64,000 nt of DNA from positions 40,588,788 to 40,652,787 of the forward strand of contig CM120640.1 in the NCBI GenBank assembly GCA_051362555.1, written 5' to 3'. A program made the position numbers and the translations under genes. This DNA comes from Lingula anatina. Its lineage: Eukaryota; Animalia; Brachiopoda. The notes below the pieces were generated by a model that was not told where the DNA came from, searched no databases, and saw only the letters and a program-made list of their open reading frames with translations. Below are positions 57,801-64,000 of the stretch, one piece after another (the stretch's first letter is position 1; every line of letters begins with the position of its first letter).

Positions 57801-58473
57801 AAAAGATAGACATTATGTTTAAACAGTTTTTTTTTTCATTTTTGAGAATCTTGTGTGTGATTTTACCTTCGAATTCTTAAGTTAATATTTCCTTCTGAAA
57901 TGTCCAGGAAGGTCTTGCGGTCATAGTGCCTGGTCAGTCATTTAGAACTCAATTGACCATATAGAAAAAGGTATACTACATCAAAGCCAAGTGCAGTGGC
58001 GGATCTAGCAACGATTACTGAGTTGAAGAATAAACTGTTTTAGAAGAGAATTAAATTCTGCAGAATTCTTGGAAAGGATACCTTTGACTGAGCTTACTCG
58101 CAATACTAAGGACAAAATACATGTATAATCAACTAAGGTGCATTAGTGCACAAAGTGTGTGTTTTCATTCTTTTGACATAATGGACGTACAAGATTCTTT
58201 AAATCTTATGCATATGGGTTTTTGTTCAGAGAGATTTCATATTAAATATTGTGAGTTTAAATGTGCCTTTTTAATGCTATGGAAGCAAATTTGTTTCAGA
58301 CGTATGTAATTTTAATGAGCAACTCCATGGGATTTACCCGCCAAAACGGATTTTCCCAGAAAAAATAATTTCTCGATCTCGTGAATCATTTATCTATCTC
58401 TTCATTTTAACTGGACTTTTAATTGAATTTACAAAGGTTGGTTTAGTTTAAAATGGCTCGTTGTGTTTTGCAG

Positions 58474-58519
<46 letters not shown>

Positions 58520-58990
58520 CACTTGCATAAATGGTTGCCGTTTGTTTTGGAATTGACATGTATATATTAGTGATATTATACCCTCTACCAGGGCCACAGA
58601 TTGATTTTTCACAAGATATTCACAGGTAAGTCTGTAAATAAATAGACGGTCATTTTACTATCTTTGGTAGAGGGTAGTGATATTTATATTTACAGTGTCT
58701 TAATAAATGGTCAGTAATGCAGTTTTCTTAAGTTTCAATGTAAAGTACAGATAAACAGAGCATACCAAGACCACCGAAATCTAACAACCCGCCGCTGCTA
58801 GTTTATCAATAGGTAAGATATAACTATTTAACGCACAGTAATACGCACCTGACTGCATTGTGAAAATGATGAAAGAACTGGTGAGAATCCATGTGGCGTC
58901 ATCCCAAGTCATGTCTTTTTCCGAGGCCTCTGTGGAGTTCAGGGACGAATCCGACAACAGTTCATCATCTAAGAATGAAGTATCGTTCAT
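51514..58990 (-). CDS. amt: Ammonium transporter (Amt/Mep family) paralog 1, about 495 aa, with alternative exons 6A/6B
   Basis: Exons: 58849-58990, 55688-56237, 55342-55413, 54701-54760, 54396-54472, [53997-54145 or 53807-53955], 52053-52220, 51514-51783 (1488 nt with one exon 6). Motifs FTMQSGFGLLESG, FQLSFATTATTIVSGAMAER, AHWIW, DIAGSGVVH, WWGWLGFNCGS, NGILGSLVSIT, KIDDPV...HG, GLR...EEE..GAD..EH. Confidence 0.93.
53807..53955 (-). other. Amt paralog 1 exon 6B (149 nt)
   Basis: Acceptor TTTCAG, donor GTAGGT; encodes (A)SCAVVRPWEALVIGALGGVITIATVSLMDRIKIDDPVSTFAIHGSAAVW. Confidence 0.9.
53997..54145 (-). other. Amt paralog 1 exon 6A (149 nt)
   Basis: Acceptor TCCAG, donor GTACGT; encodes (A)SCMVVRPWEAIVIGTAGSLLVNAGVCLMNRLKIDDPVGAVAVHGIGGTW. 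Confidence 0.9.
54832..54859. repeat. (TG)14 microsatellite
   Basis: Direct read, intronic. Confidence 0.95.
56866..56987. mobile_element. 122-bp MITE-like element, CCCA...TGGG termini, TA TSD, internal AACGTT repeats
   Basis: TA-CCCAGGCAACACAGAACGTTATTATAACGTTACCAT ... ATGGTAACGTTATAAAATATCTGGGGTTTGTTGGG-TA; imperfect foldback in Amt intron 1. Confidence 0.6.
58477..58518. repeat. (AG)21 microsatellite
   Basis: Direct read. Confidence 0.95.
58581..58674. mobile_element. 94-bp MITE-like element with 10-bp TIR and TA flanks
   Basis: TA-CCCTCTACCA ... TGGTAGAGGG-TA. Confidence 0.5.
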
Positions 58991-59174
58991 CCTCACAGCG
59001 GTTAAAATCGGTCTCTTCTGTTACTGGACTAATAGGCTGTAATTTCAAAATTCACATCGCTGATTGAAGAAAGGGCATTGACTAAGACAATCATGCATGT
59101 AACAAAAACTACACAAATTTAGCCAGGGTACATATTGCACTTAAAACTTATTTTCACATTTTAAAGACTCGCTG

Positions 59175-59182
59175 TATTTATA
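59175..59182 (-). promoter_or_regulatory. Candidate TATA box of Amt paralog 1
   Basis: TATAAATA on the minus strand, 185 bp upstream of the ATG. Confidence 0.45.
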
Positions 59183-60961
59183 TCGGTATTACATAGGTGA
59201 TGTCCTCTGAAAGTAGTGCGCGGGGCAAGCATTAGAATTGGGTCTCCTAATTTAAATAAATAGCTTACCCTCGATGCCGTTAATCGTTTGATTTACAAAA
59301 AATGGCATTAAATGACAATTACAACTCCCCAAAATTGATTTTAAAAAACTTACAAAGGTGCCCCCTTTAAGTGGCCCCAAAGACACAGTGGCCTTTCTGT
59401 TGTACATGTACCTTACAAATGCCACTGACATTATAATGATAACATTAATAACGATATATCAATTGTCATCTTACTGTGTTAAAAGAAATAGGATATTCGA
59501 AGGAAATCTATTCTTCAGATCACTACCTACAATAACAAACTTCTTCTGCATGGTGATACATGTATATCATTATTTTTATATCGTGACGTCTCTTGACTTG
59601 TCTCACCTTTCAGAAACTGAATCTTGGGTTTCGTCTTGGATATCTTGTTATGATGATGCCGTGAATATATGGCAAATAACCAAGTTTCAGAATAACCGCT
59701 ATCAGGTTTACATTAATAAAGCATTGTACCTCGTCTTAGATCAATACGCAGGAGGGCAGGTCCATTTTATAGAGGGGTTGGAGCTCAACTGAAAATCTTG
59801 TATCAAACATTTAGAAAGCTGAAGATTATATTACTTTGCATGGCCTAACAATATTCATGTATATTTGATATTTTGTTGTTTTTTTTATTACTTGCTTAAC
59901 ATATTCTTCATTAGTCATGCATGGAATAGAAATAATGTAGATTTTTTTCTAAAAAAATTGATGGTTTTCGTGAGCCTCGGTTCTACAGATCAGCAAATAC
60001 CAGTACATATTATGAGTAGGTAGAAGAGCGACTCTAACGCTTTCGTTTAAAGTAAAAGCCAGCAAAGTTTAAATGTGACATGCAAGAACGTGAGATATTT
60101 AGGACAAATAAAATATTTTGTACGGTAATTTTGTTTGAGTGAGCAAACAGCATAAGTAAATACTATTCTTGTTTTTAAAATGCCCTGCATTTAAAAATAC
60201 CTTTTTCTTGAGTATAGGATTAACCTAAGCGTTCAAAGCGAATACGACAGGGCCGTCACTATTCCTATTAGCCAGATAGATGTGCTGTATTCAGGAAGCA
60301 AATATTACACTCAACTTGTTATATTGATTTCAGGTAGAATCAATCAGGCAATTAATTAAGCACTGACAGCACTGTCGCCTACATCGTGCGACGAACATAT
60401 TTTGACCTCAATGCTGTCAACGCAGGTACGAAATCCATGTCATCATATTTGCGCCTACTTTTATGTAACAAATCACGGCGTTCTTCGTTGGTTCCATGAG
60501 AAATTAGGAAGTTTCATAGAGAGTCCAATTTTTAAAATCTGTCACAGACGGACAGCATTTTATTTTACCTTATCGTAGAGTGGTGTGAGTTGCTTACCTG
60601 AAAATATTTCTGTAATTTATCTAAATTTCAAAATTTGGTGTTAATTTTTGCAAACACGGAAAAAATCCAAACACCCCAGTTGAACACCGTTTTTATTTTT
60701 GAAGTGAGACCATGGCTGTAATTATCGAAAGCAAGATTTGACCTTTCATCTTTTCGTCATATTGGACGTCATCACCCTAACGTGTAAAAGATAACATTTG
60801 TCGTACAAGAGAAACCATTATGCGTAAATCAGAATACGGCACAAGAATCACCGGGTGTAGCTTTCTTCGATCAATCATGCGATAAATTCATTTTGCTGAA
60901 GTGGAAACGTGTGTCACAGACTTTGGTAACGATAATGTAACCTCATTATGGTGAAGAAGAA

Positions 60962-63775
60962 ATGGCGGGATTTAACAAGACCTTAGCAGCGGACGAAAAT
61001 CTGTCATATTTTCGAAGAGGAAGTTTACAAGAAATTGAGCAAATCACCTGGGACGATGCTACGTGGATCCTCACCAGTTCCTTTATTATTTTCACGATGC
61101 AGTCAGGTACGGCTCAAACCGAAACCATCTTTTCGTTCGGCAGTCTTAAAATTGTTTTCTATAATATGGTTAGAGGTCAATATAAAAAAAAGAAGAAAGA
61201 GATTTAGAATTGGTTGGTGCTTATTGATAAAAAGTATTTTAATATTTTTTTTTAAATTCCCAATATTCTGTTAGCAATTCCAGTACGTATGGATATATGA
61301 CAGCATTTAATAATTTCAGGGTTTGGGTTGCTTGAGTCGGGAGCAGTTCATGGAAAGAATGAAGTGAATATAATGGTGAAAAATGCAGTGGATGTCATAT
61401 TTGGCGGAATAACATTTTGGATGGTGGGCTTTGGACTCGCCTTTGGCGATGGACCCTGGGCAAACCCATTCTGTGGAATTGGATATTTCTTGGTGGATTC
61501 GGATGAAAGCAAAATGGGGTGGACATTTGCCTGGTTCACTTTCCAGATGTCTTTTGCGACTACCTCTACAACCATCGTTTCCGGAGCCATGGCGGAAAGA
61601 ACCAAGCTGCTTTCGTACATTGTGTTTTCAACTTTCAATACCTTCATTTACTGTTTTCCGGCTCACTGGTTGTGGTCTCCTGTGGGCTTCTTGCAGCAGT
61701 TGGGCGCGATAGATTTCGCGGGTTCTGGCGTTGTCCATTTGGTAGGGGGAACGACCGGATTGGTGGCAACTCTCATGCTAAAACCGCGTATAGGGCGTTA
61801 TGAGCCAGACTACAAAAATGATATGGCTAATCCGACAAACGCACTGCTTGGCTTGTTCATGCTTTGGTACGCTCAATAGATACACAGCGTTCTTTAGACC
61901 AATTTAAAAATAGCAATATGGTGACAGTGTTGCAATCAACTAATGAATTTGTCTTAAAATGGATGAATCATTCTCAATGCTATTCCTTTTGCAGATTAGG
62001 ATAGTTCAAATCGTAAACAACTCAAAACATCACGCTACAGCGGTTTCTTGAAGTATAACCTGGTTTCCTTTTAGGTGGGGTTGGTTAGGCTTCAACTGTG
62101 GCAGTACCTTCGGTATATCAGGTGGGAAATGGAAACTAGCGGCAAGGTAGGCGGGAAAATATATATTTGATGGAAACTATGCAATTAATGACGATTAACA
62201 AAATAAACCATAGGATGTTAGAACATATGCTATGATAAGAAATAAGAATGATCTTAATGGTATAATAATTTGTGCGAGGTTCAAAACATTGTAGACTATA
62301 AGAGATACTACATAAACATGTACTTAGCTTTGGGCTTTTCTGCACGAACAGAAAACCAAGTCATCTTCTATATTTGATGTCAGGTCTGCCGTTGTCACTG
62401 TCAATGGATCGGCAGGCGGGGGCGCAGTGGGCATCTTTTTGAGGTAAGAAAAATCATATTTTGGTAAAAGATTCCATGAACGATTTAAAACCAAGTACAG
62501 CATATCCCAATGTAATATTTGTTGCTCCCTGATACCTGATGTAGAAGGTTAATTCAATCAACCTGTAAATTCAATTATTCAAATATATCTCGACAACGAT
62601 ACTATTGTCATTTAAGCCTAAGCCAGCGTTCAATTCACGACATTTTAAAACCTATTTATTTATTCTCTCACGACATTTGTAACACAGCTCCGGATGTTTT
62701 TTATGTGTCTGTGGATATTCCCAAAATGAATAACTGTTTTCTCTTTGGCAATATTACAAAGCTCGCATTGTTGACATTCTTTTTTTCTTTATTTTCATTG
62801 ATTTAACATTAATTTGTACTGAAAATTCTATGATTAATTTTATTTGCAGCCTTTGCAATTGTGTGTCGCCCGTCTCAGTAAAAACTGATTTAGATATTTT
62901 ACAAATGCCTTTTGCCGTCATCAAAGTTTTCTTGAATATCCGCGTGCCTTTTTTTTTTGTTACTTTTCTTGAAATTTTTTCTTGGAGTTCTTGGGATTAT
63001 TATAATAGAAATATCTATAAAGCTCATAAATGCTGTTAGTCATATTGCTATTGATTACATAGTTATATTAATCTGCCATATATTTTGTAAAGGTTTGCCA
63101 TTGGCCAAAATAGACTCTCACCACTATTTCACACACTGAAATTGTCTAAGAAATTGACATTAAGTTAAAATTTTTCACTGAGGCCTTCTGGTGAAAAGAA
63201 TCTTCAGTGGCCGTCAATTATTTCAACAATAACCGCCGCCTTTTCCAAATCAAATAATCAATACAGGAATGTGTGACTAGCACAAAGCCTATATCCAAAC
63301 TACATGTATTAATTCCAGTACTTGACAAAGGAGCATGTTCTTGCTTTGGTCTGAACTGTGAATGTATACGTTAAACTGACATTAAAGGTAATGCGTGCGA
63401 TGCAAGAGAAGTAAAGATGATGTTTTCTTCACTTTTAGCTACATCTTTCGACAACGTAAACTTGACATTGGCGATCTTGTAAATTCTGTGCTTGGTGCGT
63501 TAGTGTCAGTGACAGGTATGTGATTGTCAAGACTCTTTTTGAACAAATATTCCGTTACAGGATTATTTCCCCTTATGTACGGCAGTGTGCAATGCAGTTT
63601 TTTTACTGCTTACGTCACAATTTTCATGAAAGTCGGATATCACTGTAATCTTTTCCTCATTTAAGTTATCTAATTTTTTAAAGACAAATTGATACATACA
63701 GGTTAAACACAAACTACTAAACTGTGGTTTACAGTGGTCAATATTGTAGGCATCCCCCCAGCTTCTGTGTCCATG

Positions 63776-63813
<38 letters not shown>

Positions 63814-64000
63814 TTATACAGTATGTAATCTACATTTTGTTATCTTCAGCTATTTGTGGCCTTGCTCGCCCATGGGAGGGTTTGATAATAGGCATGCTAG
63901 GCGGTGGGATATCAGTACTGTTGCCTAAAGCCTTGGACAAGATGAAAATAGATGATCCCGTCGGTGTAGTGTCCGTCCATGGCGTATGCGGTGTATGGGG
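60962..64000 (+). CDS. amt: Ammonium transporter (Amt/Mep family) paralog 2; 3' end lies beyond the right edge
   Basis: Exons: 60962-61106, 61320-61866, 62075-62146, 62384-62443, 63439-63515, 63850-64000+. First five intron positions and phases match paralog 1. Motifs FTMQSGFGLLESG, FQMSFATTSTTIVSGAMAER, DFAGSGVVH, WWGWLGFNCGS, KIDDPVGVVSVHG. Confidence 0.93.
63777..63810. repeat. (CA)17 microsatellite
   Basis: Direct read, intronic. Confidence 0.95.

Noticed and set aside
59358-59792. 144-aa ORF between the Amt genes
   Set aside because: GTG start, AT-rich, no motifs; lies in the shared upstream region.

Overview
AT-rich animal (invertebrate, probably lophotrochozoan; taxon is inferred) genomic DNA with GT-AG introns. 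I reconstructed five genes by hand from splice sites and codon phase. (1) A giant minus-strand mannose-receptor-like mosaic lectin: 52 exons and about 2,388 codons in the window, running off the left edge. Its order is signal peptide, 5 C-type lectin domains (CTLDs), 3 F5/8 type C (discoidin) domains with a farnesoic-acid-O-methyltransferase-like (FAMeT) domain nested inside the first, WSC, 6 CTLDs, then the start of an LCCL domain. (2) ETFA, minus strand, 10 coding exons, 335 aa. (3) FoxB, single coding exon, in about 20 kb of otherwise non-coding DNA. (4, 5) A head-to-head pair of paralogous ammonium transporters (Amt). The strongest finding is in the minus-strand Amt: two tandem homologous 149-nt exons, 41 nt apart and frame-incompatible, each encoding the TM9-TM10 segment with the second pore histidine. 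This points to mutually exclusive splicing of a pore-lining segment. Also present are several MITE-like elements with visible TIRs/TSDs, microsatellites and an apparent CpG-depletion mosaic. No database searches were run; family calls rest on recognised motifs.
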